Positions 38,528 through 50,185 of a stretch of DNA of 64,000 nt are shown in pieces; within the stretch, counting starts at the first letter, position 1; each line of letters starts with the position of its first letter. A program made the translations under genes and the position numbers. Location of the stretch: positions 62,001 to 126,000 of the forward strand of contig NZ_MWQY01000005.1 in the NCBI RefSeq assembly GCF_002087085.1, in the 5' to 3' direction. A model generated the notes under the pieces. The model saw only the letters and a program-made list of their open reading frames with translations. It was not told where the DNA came from and ran no database searches.

Positions 38528-38947
38528 TCAGAATTGCAGGTCGTCAAGAGTCTCAACATCAAAGCGGTCGGCATAGGCTTCCGGATTCCGCATTATCCCC
38601 CAGCTCAGATGATTTTTATCTTCCCGCAGATACAGCCGGACATGGCTGAACTCGCCGTTTTTCCAGAAAATGGAAAAATAGGGAAAAGCCGGATTTTCGT
38701 CCATGACGAGTTCTCCTTTCCCTCTGTTTCCTGCTCCCGGTTCGTACTGAAACCAATCTACCGGAACATACATATCAGCAAGTTCCATGTTGGTACGCCG
38801 ATAGATAATTCTGTAACCGTCACGGTGGGCGTATACCCTGGTGATGGGAAGGGATTTAAAGAAGAATTCTGATTCATCCGCCACCGCAGAGACGGCAAAC
38901 AGCGTCAGGAGTAACACGGCGATAACAAGGACGAGTTGTTTTTTCAC
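38528..38947 (-). CDS. Hypothetical exported protein
   Basis: GGAGG RBS with GTG start at 38947 and signal peptide KKQLVLVIAVLLLTLFAVSAVA. Confidence 0.75.
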   Translation of the reverse strand: MKKQLVLVIAVLLLTLFAVSAVADESEFFFKSLPITRVYAHRDGYRIIYRRTNMELADMYVPVDWFQYEPGAGNRGKGELVMDENPAFPYFSIFWKNGEFSHVRLYLREDKNHLSWGIMRNPEAYADRFDVETLDDLQF

Positions 38948-39017
38948 AATAGAACCTCCTGTTCTCTCAGTATTATACATAGCCGATATCGTGAAAATCA
39001 AGCAATAAAACCGGCTC

Positions 39018-41387
39018 TTACTCACTGTACTCGGTAAAAAGGATACCCAGGGCCTCCCGGATGGAAGATGCGTACCTCAGTTTCAGTTTACCCGTTACTT
39101 CCCGGGGAAGATCCAGGGCATCCTTCCGGTTCCGTTCCGGCAGAAGCACCTCGTTAAGGTCGTTGCGGTAGGCGGCCAGGACTTTTTCCTTGACCCCTCC
39201 AATGGGAAGCATGAGTCCGGTAAGGGTTATCTCTCCGGTCATGGCGATCCCTTCCCGTATCAGATGGCCGGTGAAGGCACTCAGCATTGCCGAGGTAAGG
39301 GTTATACCGGCGGAAGGACCATCCTTGGGTATGGCCCCTTCGGGCACGTGGATATGAATGTCCCGTTCCTTCGCGAAAGCGGTGTCGAGACCAAGTTCTT
39401 CAGCATGGGTCCTCAGGAAGGAGAGGGCAGCACGGGCTGACTCCTTCATGACGTCTCCCAGACTGCCGGTCAGAATCAGTTCCCCCGAGCCTTCAAAAAC
39501 GCCGACCTCCACGGGAAGCAGGGTGCCGCCCATCTCAGTCCAGGCCAGGCCCAGGGCTATACCGGCCCGCCGCTCCTTGTGAAGGTCATTCCGCTGGTAC
39601 CTGGGCTGGCCAAGGTAGGAACGTACTTTTTTTGGAGTGATCTGGACGGTAAAATGCTCCTGTTCCCGTTTTTCTTCCCGGGTATAACCGCCTTTTACGG
39701 CTTCCCTGGCGGTTTTCCGTATTACCGTGGCGATTTCCCGCTCAAGGTTTCGCACCCCGGATTCCATGGTGTAGGAGTTGATAATCTCCATAAGCGCCTT
39801 GTCCTGAAACTTCACATCCGCCCAGGAGAGGCCGTTCTCTTCCAGCTGCTTGGGAACAATGAAACGCTTGGCGATTTCCGCCTTTTCGTAATCCGAATAC
39901 CCCGGAACCTCGATGATTTCCATGCGGTCAAGCAGGGGATAGGGAATCGAGTGGGTGGAGTTGGCCGTCGTTATGAACATGACCTCCGAAAGGTCATAGG
40001 GGACCTCGAGATAATGGTCGACAAAGGAGTTGTTCTGTTCCGGATCAAGAACCTCCAGCATGGCGGAAGCGGGGTCGCCCCGGAAGTCGGAATTGAGCTT
40101 GTCAATCTCATCGAGCAGGAAAACCGGGTTTATGTTCTCCGCCCGTTTCATCCCCTGGATGATTTTCCCCGGCAGTGCGCCGACATAGGTTTTGCGGTGG
40201 CCCCGGATTTCCGCCTCGTCCCGCACGCCCCCCAGGGATATGCGGATAAACTCACGGTTCAGAGCCCGGGCGACGGATTTGCCAAGAGAGGTTTTACCCG
40301 TACCCGGCGGACCGACAAAGCAGAGGATGGGCCCTTTGAGCCGGGGATTCAGCTGCCGGACGGCGATAAAGTCAAGGATACGTTCCTTGGGTTTTTTCAT
40401 GTTGAAATGATCTTCATCGAGGATTCGCGCAGCCGCTTCTATATCGCGGTTATCCTCCGAACGGGAGCTCCAGGGAAGATCGGCGATCCATTCAAGATAT
40501 GTACGGAGCACACCGGATTCCGGAGACATGGGCTGCAGCTTGCCAAGGCGGGCTGACTCTTTTTTGGCCTTGTCCAGAACCTCCTGGGGAGGTTGACGTT
40601 CTTCGATGCGGGTAAGCAGCTCATTGGTGCCGCTGGAATCCTGGTCGTCCCGCCCGAGTTCGCGGTTGATCTCCTTGAGCTGTTCATTGAGAAAGTATTC
40701 GCGCTGGTTTCGTTCAAGCTTTTTCTTGACCTTGGAGGTAATCCTGCTCTGAATCTGAAGAACCTGGTTCTCTCCCTCCAGCGCTACAGCGAGGATTTCC
40801 AGGCGCTCCTCCGGATCCGAAGATGAAAGCAGCTCGATCTTCTTTTCAACCCTGAAGGGAACATGGGCGCACACAAGATCCACCAGCTTGTCCGGATGCT
40901 CGGCCTTGCGGATGTCTTCCTGGGAGTCCTTGGGAATTTTCTTGTTTATGGTGCCGTAGGCGCCGAAGGCATCCTGAACGGTATTCATCAGGGCCGCGAT
41001 GGTGGGATTCAGCTCCACAGAGGACTCGATAAGCGAAAAAGAGGCGGTGGGGTAGCCCTTTCTGTCGAAGGTCCGGGTAAGCCGGGCCCGATGTTTGCCC
41101 TCGGCAAGGACCCTGACAGTCCCGTCGGGAAGCTTGAGCATCTGAAGGATTTTCGCCACCGTACCGGTTTCGTGATAATCAGTCTCCTCCGGCGGTTCGT
41201 TCAGGTTTTTCTGATAGGCGAAAAAGACCATCCTGTCCGAAGCCATCGCGGCCTCAAGGGCCTTGTTTTTGGGGCCCTTTTCGGCAAAGAAGGGAATGAC
41301 CATGTAGGGAAAAACAACAAGCTCCCTCATGGGTATGAGAGGGAGCTCCTGTTTCGGAGAAAAAATCGGCAGTTTGTTCAGCTTCAT
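39018..41387 (-). CDS. lon: ATP-dependent protease La
   Basis: [38 protein letters not shown]. Confidence 0.97.
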   Translation of the reverse strand: MKLNKLPIFSPKQELPLIPMRELVVFPYMVIPFFAEKGPKNKALEAAMASDRMVFFAYQKNLNEPPEETDYHETGTVAKILQMLKLPDGTVRVLAEGKHRARLTRTFDRKGYPTASFSLIESSVELNPTIAALMNTVQDAFGAYGTINKKIPKDSQEDIRKAEHPDKLVDLVCAHVPFRVEKKIELLSSSDPEERLEILAVALEGENQVLQIQSRITSKVKKKLERNQREYFLNEQLKEINRELGRDDQDSSGTNELLTRIEERQPPQEVLDKAKKESARLGKLQPMSPESGVLRTYLEWIADLPWSSRSEDNRDIEAAARILDEDHFNMKKPKERILDFIAVRQLNPRLKGPILCFVGPPGTGKTSLGKSVARALNREFIRISLGGVRDEAEIRGHRKTYVGALPGKIIQGMKRAENINPVFLLDEIDKLNSDFRGDPASAMLEVLDPEQNNSFVDHYLEVPYDLSEVMFITTANSTHSIPYPLLDRMEIIEVPGYSDYEKAEIAKRFIVPKQLEENGLSWADVKFQDKALMEIINSYTMESGVRNLEREIATVIRKTAREAVKGGYTREEKREQEHFTVQITPKKVRSYLGQPRYQRNDLHKERRAGIALGLAWTEMGGTLLPVEVGVFEGSGELILTGSLGDVMKESARAALSFLRTHAEELGLDTAFAKERDIHIHVPEGAIPKDGPSAGITLTSAMLSAFTGHLIREGIAMTGEITLTGLMLPIGGVKEKVLAAYRNDLNEVLLPERNRKDALDLPREVTGKLKLRYASSIREALGILFTEYSE

Positions 41388-42625
41388 GCGCTTTTTCTGT
41401 TAAGCAGTATTTCCGGCTTTTCTTCGCCCCTGATTACGTCTCCGGTGATTACGACCTTCTTCTCTCCGCTTATGGAGGGAATATCGTACATGATATCCAT
41501 CATGATATTCTCGACTATGGAACGAAGTCCCCGGGCACCGGTCTTGCGGTCCAGGGCCTGCTGGGCGATAGCGTCGATTGCTTCGTCGGTAAAAATAAGG
41601 TCGACCTCGTCAAGCTTCATGAGGGACTTATACTGCTTGACGATGGAGTTCCTGGGTTCGGTTATGATACGCCGGAGGTCCTCTTTCTCAAGGTTGGTCA
41701 GGTTCACGGTTATGGGGAGCCGTCCGATAAACTCGGGGATCAGACCGAACTTTATCAGATCGTCGGGATGCAACTTGGAGTAGAGGTCCGCCAGGTCTTT
41801 ATCTTCCGATGAACGGACATTGGCACCGAAACCCATGGGATGCTCCAGGGTCCGGGATTCGATTATCTTGTCCAGACCGACGAAGGCGCCTCCGCAGATA
41901 AAGAGGATGTTGCTGGTATCGATCTTGAGCATCTCCTGGTTAGGATGCTTTCTGCCTCCCTGAGGGGGCACGGAGGCAACCGTTCCCTCGATAATCTTGA
42001 GGAGGGCCTGCTGAACCCCTTCGCCGGAGACGTCCCGGGTAATGGAGGCGTTTTCGCCCTTGCGGGAGATCTTGTCGATTTCGTCGATGTAGATAATACC
42101 CCGCTCAGCGGCGGCGATATTGTTCCCGGCGTTCTGGATCAGCTTGAGAAGAATATTTTCGACATCTTCTCCCACATAACCCGCCTCGGTAAGGGTCGTG
42201 GCGTCGGCGATGGCAAAGGGCACCTTGAGTTTCTTGGCCAGAGTCTTGGCCAGCAGGGTCTTGCCGGTACCCGTGGGTCCGGTCATGAGGACATTGGCTT
42301 TTTCCAGCTCAACCTCGTCGTCAATAATGCCCTTGTGGGTAATGCGGCGGTAGTGGTTGTAGACGGCCACGGAGAGAACCTTTTTCGCCGTTTCCTGACC
42401 GATCACATAGTTATCCAGGTAGCTTTTTATATCCTGGGGGGTAGGTACATCATCGATAAACTCGGAGGTAAGGACGTCTTCCTCTTCGTCGAGGATTTTT
42501 TTGCATACATTGACGCATTCGTCACATATAAAAACCCCCGGCCCGGCAATGAGCCGTCGGGCGATATCGGCGCTCTTACCGCAGAAGGAGCATACCTTCA
42601 GTCCGTCGTTACGTGTTTTTGCCAT
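41384..42625 (-). CDS. clpX: Clp protease ATP-binding subunit ClpX
   Basis: CSFCGK...CDEC zinc finger, [30 protein letters not shown]. Confidence 0.97.
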   Translation of the reverse strand: MAKTRNDGLKVCSFCGKSADIARRLIAGPGVFICDECVNVCKKILDEEEDVLTSEFIDDVPTPQDIKSYLDNYVIGQETAKKVLSVAVYNHYRRITHKGIIDDEVELEKANVLMTGPTGTGKTLLAKTLAKKLKVPFAIADATTLTEAGYVGEDVENILLKLIQNAGNNIAAAERGIIYIDEIDKISRKGENASITRDVSGEGVQQALLKIIEGTVASVPPQGGRKHPNQEMLKIDTSNILFICGGAFVGLDKIIESRTLEHPMGFGANVRSSEDKDLADLYSKLHPDDLIKFGLIPEFIGRLPITVNLTNLEKEDLRRIITEPRNSIVKQYKSLMKLDEVDLIFTDEAIDAIAQQALDRKTGARGLRSIVENIMMDIMYDIPSISGEKKVVITGDVIRGEEKPEILLNRKSA

Positions 42626-43223
42626 TTCCACCCCTTATAAGAACGCTGTCCACAAGACCGTAGTCAACAGCTTCCTGAGCTGAGAGAAAATAGTCCCGCT
42701 CCAGATCCTTCTCTATTACGGAAACAGGTTTTCCTGTGTGCTGACTGAAGTATTCGATGAGCATACGCTTGAGCCGTACAATCTCCCGGGCCTGAATACC
42801 GATATCGGAGGCCTGTCCCTGTACACCGCCCCAGGGCTGGTGAATAAGGATACGGGAGGAGGGCAGGGCAAAACGCTTGCCGGCGGTACCGCAGGTCAGG
42901 AGCATTGCCCCCATGGAGGCTGCCTGGCCAAGACAGATGGTCTGAACATCCGCTTTTATATGCTGAATAGTGTCATAGATCGCCAGGCCGGCGGTAACCG
43001 ATCCGCCTGGAGAGTTGATGTAGAGACTGATATCCCGTTCAGGATCCTGGGATTCGAGGAACAGAAGCTGTGCCACGACGAGGTCGGCGCTGATATCGTT
43101 AATCTCTCCATCTATAAAGACAATCCGGTCCTTTAAGAGCCGGGAGAAAATGTCGTAGGAGCGCTCCCCGACGCCCGTCTGTTCAACAACAATCGGAACC
43201 AGGGTATTCATCTGTTCATTCAT
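42609..43223 (-). CDS. clpP: Clp protease proteolytic subunit
   Basis: [30 protein letters not shown]. Confidence 0.97.
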   Translation of the reverse strand: MNEQMNTLVPIVVEQTGVGERSYDIFSRLLKDRIVFIDGEINDISADLVVAQLLFLESQDPERDISLYINSPGGSVTAGLAIYDTIQHIKADVQTICLGQAASMGAMLLTCGTAGKRFALPSSRILIHQPWGGVQGQASDIGIQAREIVRLKRMLIEYFSQHTGKPVSVIEKDLERDYFLSAQEAVDYGLVDSVLIRGGNGKNT

Positions 43224-43261
43224 ATATCTCATGTATCCTTGACGTTTCGTGTCTTATCAAT

Positions 43262-44611
43262 TTACTTATTTCTGTTCATTACGTCCACATAGGACTCTTT
43301 TTTCCCTTTCTTGACCTCAGAGATTTCCAGAAGCCGGTCGAAGAGTTTGCGGTTCAGAAGGTCGGACCTCAGATACTCTTCCATGTTGTTGTTATCAACA
43401 TACTCCCTGGTCTGTTCAAGGGTCATATCGCTCCGTTCAGCCTGTTCAGCGAGTTCCTTCTCGTAATCCTCGTCGTTTACCTTAATATCTTCGGCTTCAA
43501 TGAGTTTTCCTATAACTAGTTGTGCCTTCAAAGATTTCTCAGCATCATCCCGCCATTCGGCAAGAAGGGCAGCTTTGTCCTTCCCCTGAATCGAAAGGAG
43601 CTGCAGAAGCTGATCCTCGGACATTCGGGACTGCATCTGGAAATTTCTCCAGGAGTTTTCCAGCTCTGCGGCGACCATGGATTCGGGTACATCGATCTCC
43701 GATTTTTCAACGATCTGTTCAAGGAGGGAGTCTATTTTGATGGATCTCAGGCGCTGCTCGAGACTGCTCTCGAGTCGTTTCTTTATGTCGTCCTTCAGGT
43801 CTTTCAGGGTTTCGAACTTCTCGTTCACGTCCTGGGCCAGTTCATCGTCCAGAGCGGGGAGCTGCTTCTCCTTGACAACCTTGAGGCTGACCTTGATGGT
43901 CTTCTCGCTGCCCGCAAGCTCCTGGTACTCGAAATCTTCGGGGAAGCTCTTCTTTATCTCTTTTTCTTCCCCGGTTTTCATGCCGACAAGATCGTCGTCG
44001 ATCTTGTACATGTTGTAGCCGGAACCCACGGTAAAGACAAAATCCTCCCGCCGGGTACCTTCCACCTCCTGGCCGTTTTCATCCAGTTCGACGTAATCGA
44101 CGGTAACAATATCGTCCTTCTCGACGGGCTTTTCCTTTTCCATGACAACAGAGTTCTGGTCGCGGATCTTTTCAAGCTCCTCGTCGATCTCCTTCTTTCC
44201 GACCTTGACCTCCGGCTCTTCCACGGTCAGGCCCTTGTATTCTCCCAGTGTGATATCGGGAAAAACGTCATATTTAACGGAGAAGGTAAAGTCCTCATCC
44301 TCGTTGACGAGAGCCTCGTCCTGAAGTTCCGGGGTGGAGTAGGCAATGGGACGCTCCTCGATTTCTTCAAAAAGCTCCTTGAGGCTCTCTTCAATGACCT
44401 TCATGGAGGTTTCATAGCGTATACTTTCACCGTATTTCTGCAGAAGAATGCCTGCAGGGACCTTTCCTTTACGGAATCCCTTGACGTGGGCTGTTTTGCA
44501 GTATTTATCCACAAGCCCGTCGAACTCTTTGCGCACGTCTTCTTTGGCCACTGTAACCGTAAGTTTTACAGCGGACTTTTCCAGTTTTTCAATTTCCTTA
44601 TTCGCAACCAT
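43262..44611 (-). CDS. tig: Trigger factor
   Basis: GFRKGKVP ribosome-binding motif, FKBP-like domain, position ahead of clpP. Confidence 0.95.
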   Translation of the reverse strand: MVANKEIEKLEKSAVKLTVTVAKEDVRKEFDGLVDKYCKTAHVKGFRKGKVPAGILLQKYGESIRYETSMKVIEESLKELFEEIEERPIAYSTPELQDEALVNEDEDFTFSVKYDVFPDITLGEYKGLTVEEPEVKVGKKEIDEELEKIRDQNSVVMEKEKPVEKDDIVTVDYVELDENGQEVEGTRREDFVFTVGSGYNMYKIDDDLVGMKTGEEKEIKKSFPEDFEYQELAGSEKTIKVSLKVVKEKQLPALDDELAQDVNEKFETLKDLKDDIKKRLESSLEQRLRSIKIDSLLEQIVEKSEIDVPESMVAAELENSWRNFQMQSRMSEDQLLQLLSIQGKDKAALLAEWRDDAEKSLKAQLVIGKLIEAEDIKVNDEDYEKELAEQAERSDMTLEQTREYVDNNNMEEYLRSDLLNRKLFDRLLEISEVKKGKKESYVDVMNRNK

Positions 44612-44688
44612 CTTAACCTCACAAACAAGCAGTCATTGTATTCCCGACTTTAACGGGGAATACCCTATTGAGTATAATTAGGGAGTAC

Positions 44689-44722
44689 AAAAAAAGCGAT
44701 CTGGAGACAACCAGATCGCTTT
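44689..44722 (-). terminator. Terminator after the tRNA cluster
   Basis: AAAGCGATCTGG-AGACAA-CCAGATCGCTTT with a T-run on the minus strand. Confidence 0.8.
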
Positions 44723-44731
44723 ATCAAATAG

Positions 44732-44803
44732 AGCGAGAGACGGGACTTGAACCCGCGACATCCACCTTGGCAAGGTGGAGCTCTACCACTGAGCTACTCT
44801 CGC
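44732..44803 (-). tRNA. tRNA-Gly(GCC)
   Basis: GCGAGAG acceptor, CCACC-TTGCCAA-GGTGG anticodon arm, GGTTCAAGTCC. Confidence 0.95.
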
Positions 44804-44821
44804 GCGAATTGCAGGATCTAT

Positions 44822-44903
44822 TGCGAGAGAAGGGACTTGAACCCTTACACCTTTCGGCACTAGATCCTAAGTCTAGCGTGTCTGCCAATTCCACCACTCT
44901 CGC
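44822..44903 (-). tRNA. tRNA-Leu(TAG)
   Basis: CTAGA-CTTAGGA-TCTAG anticodon arm, long variable arm. Confidence 0.95.
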
Positions 44904-44914
44904 GATGGAGCCCC

Positions 44915-44942
44915 ATTATACACACTAAACTGTTTTCGTCAA
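44915..44942 (-). promoter_or_regulatory. sigma70 promoter for tRNA-Leu/tRNA-Gly
   Basis: TTGACG-N16-TATAAT. Confidence 0.7.
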
Positions 44943-44981
44943 CCCGGGCTATTTTTGTTTTTTACCCCGGGTTTCCGATAT

Positions 44982-45054
44982 TGAGCCGTGAAGGGATCGA
45001 ACCTTCGACCCGCAGATTAAGAGTCTGCTGCTCTGCCAGCTGAGCTAACGGCCC
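44982..45054 (-). tRNA. tRNA-Lys(CTT)
   Basis: GCAGA-CTCTTAA-TCTGC anticodon arm, GGTTCGATCCC. Confidence 0.95.
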
Positions 45055-45061
45055 AATTGAT

Positions 45062-45135
<74 letters not shown>

Positions 45136-45183
45136 ATTCAAAGGCTCCTTCCGGTGCAAAATTCCAACAGGAATAAAGCAAAG

Positions 45184-45256
45184 GGTGGGCAACGGGATTT
45201 GAACCCGCGACACCCAGAACCACAATCTGGTGCTCTACCACTGAACTATGCCCACC
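45184..45256 (-). tRNA. tRNA-His(GTG)
   Basis: CCAGA-TTGTGGT-TCTGG anticodon arm, encoded G-1 opposite discriminator C. Confidence 0.95.
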
Positions 45257-45270
45257 GTGAACGTGGTGCA

Positions 45271-45299
45271 AAGATGCCTAAAAAAGGAAAAAATGTCAA
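45271..45299 (-). promoter_or_regulatory. sigma70 promoter for tRNA-His/Arg/Lys
   Basis: TTGACA-N17-CATCTT. Confidence 0.6.
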
Positions 45300-45310
45300 T
45301 AGAGGCGCTT

Positions 45311-47542
45311 TCAAAAATCCTCTATTTTTATCTTGCCCGTACCTGCCGGCATGCGGCAGGCAAGCAGCAGGTAGGTCCTCTTCCACGGGACCTTTTTCTC
45401 CGCCAGTTGTCTCGATGCAGTCTCCTTGAGGGTTCTCAGTTCCCCGGGAAGGAGGAACTCCCCCAGCCGGGCGCCGAATCCCCCGGATCCCGGATCGAAC
45501 CAGGAGTGTATCAGCTTTTCCGTCAGGGTCTGTTCGAAGCGGTGTTCCCGTTTTTCCAGAAGATCTGGAACGAATCCGTATTTTTTCAGCTGCTTCCCGA
45601 TGTCCTCACTGCTCCAGTTGACCAGAGGATTGTCAGGATCCGCGTATATGGCCTCTTCCGCCTGACGGAATTTCGCAAGGATCTCCGGATCCGCCACCCC
45701 GCCGGATAGAAGTTCCGAAAGCCTGGATCCTTCCCGGGGCATAATCTCTGCAAGAATCAATCGTCCCCCGGGCTGCAGGCAGGAGGCGCTGTGCCGGAAG
45801 AGAAGCTCCCGGTCAGGACTCCTTATGAGGCTGTCCCGTCCCATCAGAACCTCAAAGCGTCTTTCCCCTGGCTTCAGCATGTCCAGGGCATCAGGGAAGG
45901 GGGCAGCAAGAAAAAGAGGACGCTCCGGGGCCGGCAGTTCCGACGCCAGGTGTTCAAGGACTTCGCGCCTGGATGTATCCGCGGCGCATACAACGATGCC
46001 CCCCTCGGGACATCTGCGCAGGGCTTCGGTCATGAAAAGTCCGTTTCCAGGGGCGATGTCCAGGACCCGCCAGTGGCGCTGCCACTCAAAGAGATCGAAG
46101 AGGCCGTCCCTCAAGGCTTTCTGCATGGCCGCGGCTCCGCTTACCGTACGGTTTGCCCAGCGCTCGCGCCGCCGGTCCCCGGGACTGTAGGTAAGAACCT
46201 CCGGAGAGTCCTCCAGGGAGGCGGCAATCTGCTCCTCCCTGCGCTGCTGCAGGAGAGGCTTCAGGGCCCCTTCATGGCCCAGGTCTCCCGGCATGTAAAA
46301 GACCCTCCCTGTCAGGGCCGCGGGCAGATACTGCTGGGCCACCCAGTGGTCCCGGTAGGCGTGGGGATACTGATAGCCCTGGCCATGACCGAAGGCTTTG
46401 GCATCCCGGCCGGGGTCTTTCAGGTGTCTGGGGATATCCCCGATATTCTCCTCTTCCAGGGAATTCAGGGCATCAAAGTAGCCCAGGCAGGAGTTGGATT
46501 TCGGCGCGGTCGCCAGGTAGAGTACCGCCTGGGCCAGGTGGTACTGTCCTTCCGGAAGCCCGACCCGGTCAAAGGCCGCTGCGGCGGACTGAACGAAAAC
46601 AAGGGCCCGGGGATCCGCCAGGCCGATATCCTCTGATGCGGAGATGAGCATTCGCCGGAATATGAATCGGGGATCCTCCCCGGCCTTGACCATTCTGGCC
46701 AGCCAGTAGAGGGCCGCATCGGGGTCCGATCCCCGGACCGATTTGATAAAGGCGGATATGGTATCAAAGTGATAATCCCCCTCCTTATCGTAGAGCACCG
46801 CCTTGCGCTGGATGCTCTCCTCGGCAACCTCGAGATTTACACGGATTTCCGTCCCTTCCGGGGGAGGAAAGGATTCCGGTGTGGTCTCCACCGCCAGCTC
46901 CAGGGCGTTCAGCAGGGTGCGGGCATCGCCGTTGGCCACCTGCACCAGATGATCCAGGGCATCCCGGTCAATGCTGACGCGGAAGCGGCCGTATCCCCGT
47001 TCCGGATCCTCAAGAGCCATCTCCGCCACCCGATAGAGGTCCTGATCGCTCAGGGGTTTAAGCTGGAAAATCCGGCTCCGGCTGACCAGGGCGGAATTGA
47101 CTTCAAAGTAGGGATTCTCCGTGGTCGCACCGATCAGAATCACTGTTCCGTTCTCCACCCAGGGAAGCAGGGCATCCTGCTGGGCCTTGTTCCAGCGGTG
47201 GACTTCATCGATAAAGAGGGTTGTCCGGCGACCGTAGTATTCCCGCTTTTCCCTGGCCTCGTCTATGGACTCCCGCAGCTGTTTGACCCCGGAGAGTACG
47301 GCGTTCAGGGTAATAAAGTGGCTTTTTGTGGAACCCGCGATCACTCTGGCCAGGGTTGTCTTTCCGGTTCCCGGGGGGCCGTAGAATATGAGGGAGGAGA
47401 GCTGGTCCGCCTGGATTACCCTTCGCAGCAGACGCCCGGGGCCGACAATGTGGTCCTGGCCGGCAAACTCGTCCAGGGTCCTCGGGCGCATGCGATCAGC
47501 CAGGGGGGCGCTTGATGTATTATCTGAAGAAAAGAGCTCCAC
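45311..47542 (-). CDS. rarA: Replication-associated recombination protein A (RarA/MgsA) fused to a C-terminal SAM-methyltransferase-like domain
   Basis: [53 protein letters not shown], plus extra VLDIAPGNG...LQPGGRL. Confidence 0.92.
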   Translation of the reverse strand: MELFSSDNTSSAPLADRMRPRTLDEFAGQDHIVGPGRLLRRVIQADQLSSLIFYGPPGTGKTTLARVIAGSTKSHFITLNAVLSGVKQLRESIDEAREKREYYGRRTTLFIDEVHRWNKAQQDALLPWVENGTVILIGATTENPYFEVNSALVSRSRIFQLKPLSDQDLYRVAEMALEDPERGYGRFRVSIDRDALDHLVQVANGDARTLLNALELAVETTPESFPPPEGTEIRVNLEVAEESIQRKAVLYDKEGDYHFDTISAFIKSVRGSDPDAALYWLARMVKAGEDPRFIFRRMLISASEDIGLADPRALVFVQSAAAAFDRVGLPEGQYHLAQAVLYLATAPKSNSCLGYFDALNSLEEENIGDIPRHLKDPGRDAKAFGHGQGYQYPHAYRDHWVAQQYLPAALTGRVFYMPGDLGHEGALKPLLQQRREEQIAASLEDSPEVLTYSPGDRRRERWANRTVSGAAAMQKALRDGLFDLFEWQRHWRVLDIAPGNGLFMTEALRRCPEGGIVVCAADTSRREVLEHLASELPAPERPLFLAAPFPDALDMLKPGERRFEVLMGRDSLIRSPDRELLFRHSASCLQPGGRLILAEIMPREGSRLSELLSGGVADPEILAKFRQAEEAIYADPDNPLVNWSSEDIGKQLKKYGFVPDLLEKREHRFEQTLTEKLIHSWFDPGSGGFGARLGEFLLPGELRTLKETASRQLAEKKVPWKRTYLLLACRMPAGTGKIKIEDF

Positions 47543-47558
47543 AGCCTGAGCCCCCGTA

Positions 47559-48824
47559 TCAGGATACCAGGGACGGGACGGTAACCCCGCCTTCGGGCAT
47601 TATCCGTATCGCGGCATTCTTCCCGTGACGGCGGAGGGCCCTTTCCAGGGCTTCCCGGGGGCTTTCCGCCTTTTCCGCGAAGAGGCTGGAGGTGACCTGC
47701 TCCGATGCCGACGATACCAGGATAACCTGTTTTTCCGCCGCCACCTTGGCGAAACAGTAGGCCTTGTGCCCCCCCATGACAAAGTTCTCTCTGACCTCCT
47801 GCATGATGCCTTCGGGGGAGAGTCCCTTCTTCATGAAGTTCTCGAAAACCTCATCCCCGTAGGCTCCGCTGCATTCGGCAAGAAGAATGATGGTTCCCCC
47901 CCGCCGGGTGGCCTTGTCTGCATGATCCAGAGCCTTCTGGGCCTGGTAGATATTGATGTCCCGGGGAAAACCGCTTGCCGAAACGACAGTGATGTCCGCA
48001 AGTTCCGGGATCTTCGTAATGTAGAGCTCCTCGGATTTTTCCACCGCAGCATACCAGGCTTCCTCCAGGTCACCTGCGTAGACATTGATGACTTCGCCGT
48101 CATCGTTGCTTACAGCGTTGAGGATAAAATCAACCTTTGCCATACGGGCGGCCTGAATCATCTCCAGACTGATGGGATTCTCGCGTATGGGGGGAAGGTC
48201 GTCCATAAGTTCAACCATCCGGGCATGGTTCAGCTGCACCGTGGATTTGCCTGAAACCCCCGGGAGGATCGATTTTCGTCCCCCGGAATAGCCGGCAAAA
48301 AAGTGGGGCATAACCACCCCGATGGTAATAAGAAAGTCCGCCTCGTCGACCGTGCGGTTCAAAAGGAAATCGTATCCCGAGGGGAGCCGTCCTTTGTGCA
48401 CCAGGTTTGCCTCGTCCTCGGCGTCATGGCAGATTATCCGGTAATTCTCCACCAGATCCTTTCCGTAGGCCTGAAGGTTCTCTTCCGGCGTGTGGGGGCT
48501 GTGGATGCCCGTGGCGGTAATCAGGGTAATATTTTCCCGGGGCGTACCGGCATCCTCGATAGTCCGCAGGAGGGGCGGCATAAGAACGGAGTAGGGGGTC
48601 GGGCGGGTTATATCGTTGACGACAATAACCAGCCGTTCCGGACTTCTTTTCCGGATCAGGGTTTCCAGGGCTGCGGTACCCAGAGGGTTTCTCAGCACTC
48701 TTTCCACCGCTGACGAGGTATCTTCCAGGGGCGGCTGATTTCCAGGATGGATAACATCGAGTATCTGCGTGTCATCTATCTCCAGGGGCAGGGTGCTTTT
48801 ACCGTATTTGAGGTCAAAGTGCAC
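47559..48824 (-). CDS. larA: Nickel-pincer-dependent lactate racemase family protein
   Basis: NDITRPTP, ATGIH, PHFFAGYSGGRKSILPG, NH, YQAQK. AAGGAGG RBS before GTG at 48824. Confidence 0.9.
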   Translation of the reverse strand: MHFDLKYGKSTLPLEIDDTQILDVIHPGNQPPLEDTSSAVERVLRNPLGTAALETLIRKRSPERLVIVVNDITRPTPYSVLMPPLLRTIEDAGTPRENITLITATGIHSPHTPEENLQAYGKDLVENYRIICHDAEDEANLVHKGRLPSGYDFLLNRTVDEADFLITIGVVMPHFFAGYSGGRKSILPGVSGKSTVQLNHARMVELMDDLPPIRENPISLEMIQAARMAKVDFILNAVSNDDGEVINVYAGDLEEAWYAAVEKSEELYITKIPELADITVVSASGFPRDINIYQAQKALDHADKATRRGGTIILLAECSGAYGDEVFENFMKKGLSPEGIMQEVRENFVMGGHKAYCFAKVAAEKQVILVSSASEQVTSSLFAEKAESPREALERALRRHGKNAAIRIMPEGGVTVPSLVS

Positions 48825-48897
48825 AGGTTCCTCCTTACTCTCCTCCTGTGTATCTGATCTGATACTAAACGATTCTGCGCCGCCTTTCCATACTATC

Positions 48898-49488
48898 ATG
48901 GCAATGCATCGGTCTGCCGATAATCGAAGGGTGATAAGCGCCATCCTCAAGAAAGCTGTGGTCCCCGTTCTTCTTCTCCTGGCATGCATGCAGCTCAGTG
49001 CCCAGGAGGATTCGGCTCCGGAGCCTCTTCCCCGGGGATTCGATACCCTTGAACTTGGAATGTCCATGGCGGACATAAAGAATGAACTTCTTTCCAGCGA
49101 TGATTTTCTCTACCGGGGTGATCCGGATGTGTCCCTGCTGGAGCGGGAAAACCTCAGTCTCATGGAGGTGGAGGGTTTCGGTTTCTTCGCCTCGGCCCAG
49201 TTTCAGTTCAGCCAGGATGACCGCCTCTATGCGATGCTGCTGGTTATGGATCCTGAGAATATCGATTATTACTCCGTTTATTCGACCCTGACGGAGAAAT
49301 ACGGAAATCCCGCTGATCTTTCTCCCCAGAGGGCCTACTGGGAAAACGAGAATGTAAGAATCTCCCTTGAGCGGCCGGTAATGCTGCGCTATATTGACAG
49401 GGCACTTTTTGACGCCATCAGGCAGGAGGGAGAGACCCTTGAGTCATACGAAAGAATCAGCCGGGAAGAGTTCCTTTCCCGGTTTTAG
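48898..49488 (+). CDS. Hypothetical exported protein
   Basis: Signal peptide KKAVVPVLLLLACMQLSA. Exact start uncertain. Confidence 0.7.
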   Translation: MAMHRSADNRRVISAILKKAVVPVLLLLACMQLSAQEDSAPEPLPRGFDTLELGMSMADIKNELLSSDDFLYRGDPDVSLLERENLSLMEVEGFGFFASAQFQFSQDDRLYAMLLVMDPENIDYYSVYSTLTEKYGNPADLSPQRAYWENENVRISLERPVMLRYIDRALFDAIRQEGETLESYERISREEFLSRF

Positions 49489-49513
49489 AAGCCGGGCTGC
49501 TCAGGGCTTCACC

Positions 49514-49921
49514 ATGATCATATTTCTGCTGTTTGCCGCCATGGGCAGTTCCTGCGCTGCAGGAGAAGAGACCCTGGAAATCCGAATAAAGGGAAAGACC
49601 TTTTACGTCGAAGTGGCTGACTCACGGGAGGAACGAAGCCGGGGTCTGATGTTCCGGGAAACCCTGCCGGATGACAGGGGTATGCTGTTTGTCTTTCCCC
49701 ATGACCAGACCTTGAGTTTCTGGATGAAAAATACGGAAATCCCCCTCTCCCTGGCCTATATCTCCAAGGACGGCACCATAAAGGAGATCCACAATCTGGT
49801 TCCCCACAACGAACAGCCGGTCCAGTCAAGCCACTCCGTACGCTACGCCCTGGAGCTTAAGCGCGGGGCCTTTTCGGAAGCGGGAATAGTTGTGGGCGAC
49901 AGGATTGAAGGGCTTCCCTGA
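49514..49921 (+). CDS. DUF192-family protein
   Basis: VEVADSREERSRGLMFR, GMLFVF, FWMKNTEIPL, YALEL, GDRI. Confidence 0.9.
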   Translation: MIIFLLFAAMGSSCAAGEETLEIRIKGKTFYVEVADSREERSRGLMFRETLPDDRGMLFVFPHDQTLSFWMKNTEIPLSLAYISKDGTIKEIHNLVPHNEQPVQSSHSVRYALELKRGAFSEAGIVVGDRIEGLP

Positions 49922-49936
49922 CGAAGGGTCAGGCTT

Positions 49937-50185
49937 TTATTCCTGATCCTTTCCTGAATTCAGTTCGGGAAACAGCTCCAGTACGGGTTTTTCTTCCTCG
50001 GAATCCGCCTGGTTTACAAGGATTTCGATCTTCCTTTCGACCTTTGCCAGGTCAGTCTCCAGAGCCCGGGCCAGTTTTATTCCCTCTTCAAAAAAGGCCA
50101 TGGCCTCGTCAAGATCGACCTCTTCGTCGTGGATTTTTTCGCTCAGCTCTTCAAGCCTTTTCAGTCGTTCTTCAAATCCCTTCAT
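49937..50185 (-). CDS. xseB: Exodeoxyribonuclease VII small subunit
   Basis: FEERLKRLEEL...LDEAMAFFEEGIKL, downstream of xseA. Confidence 0.93.
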   Translation of the reverse strand: MKGFEERLKRLEELSEKIHDEEVDLDEAMAFFEEGIKLARALETDLAKVERKIEILVNQADSEEEKPVLELFPELNSGKDQE

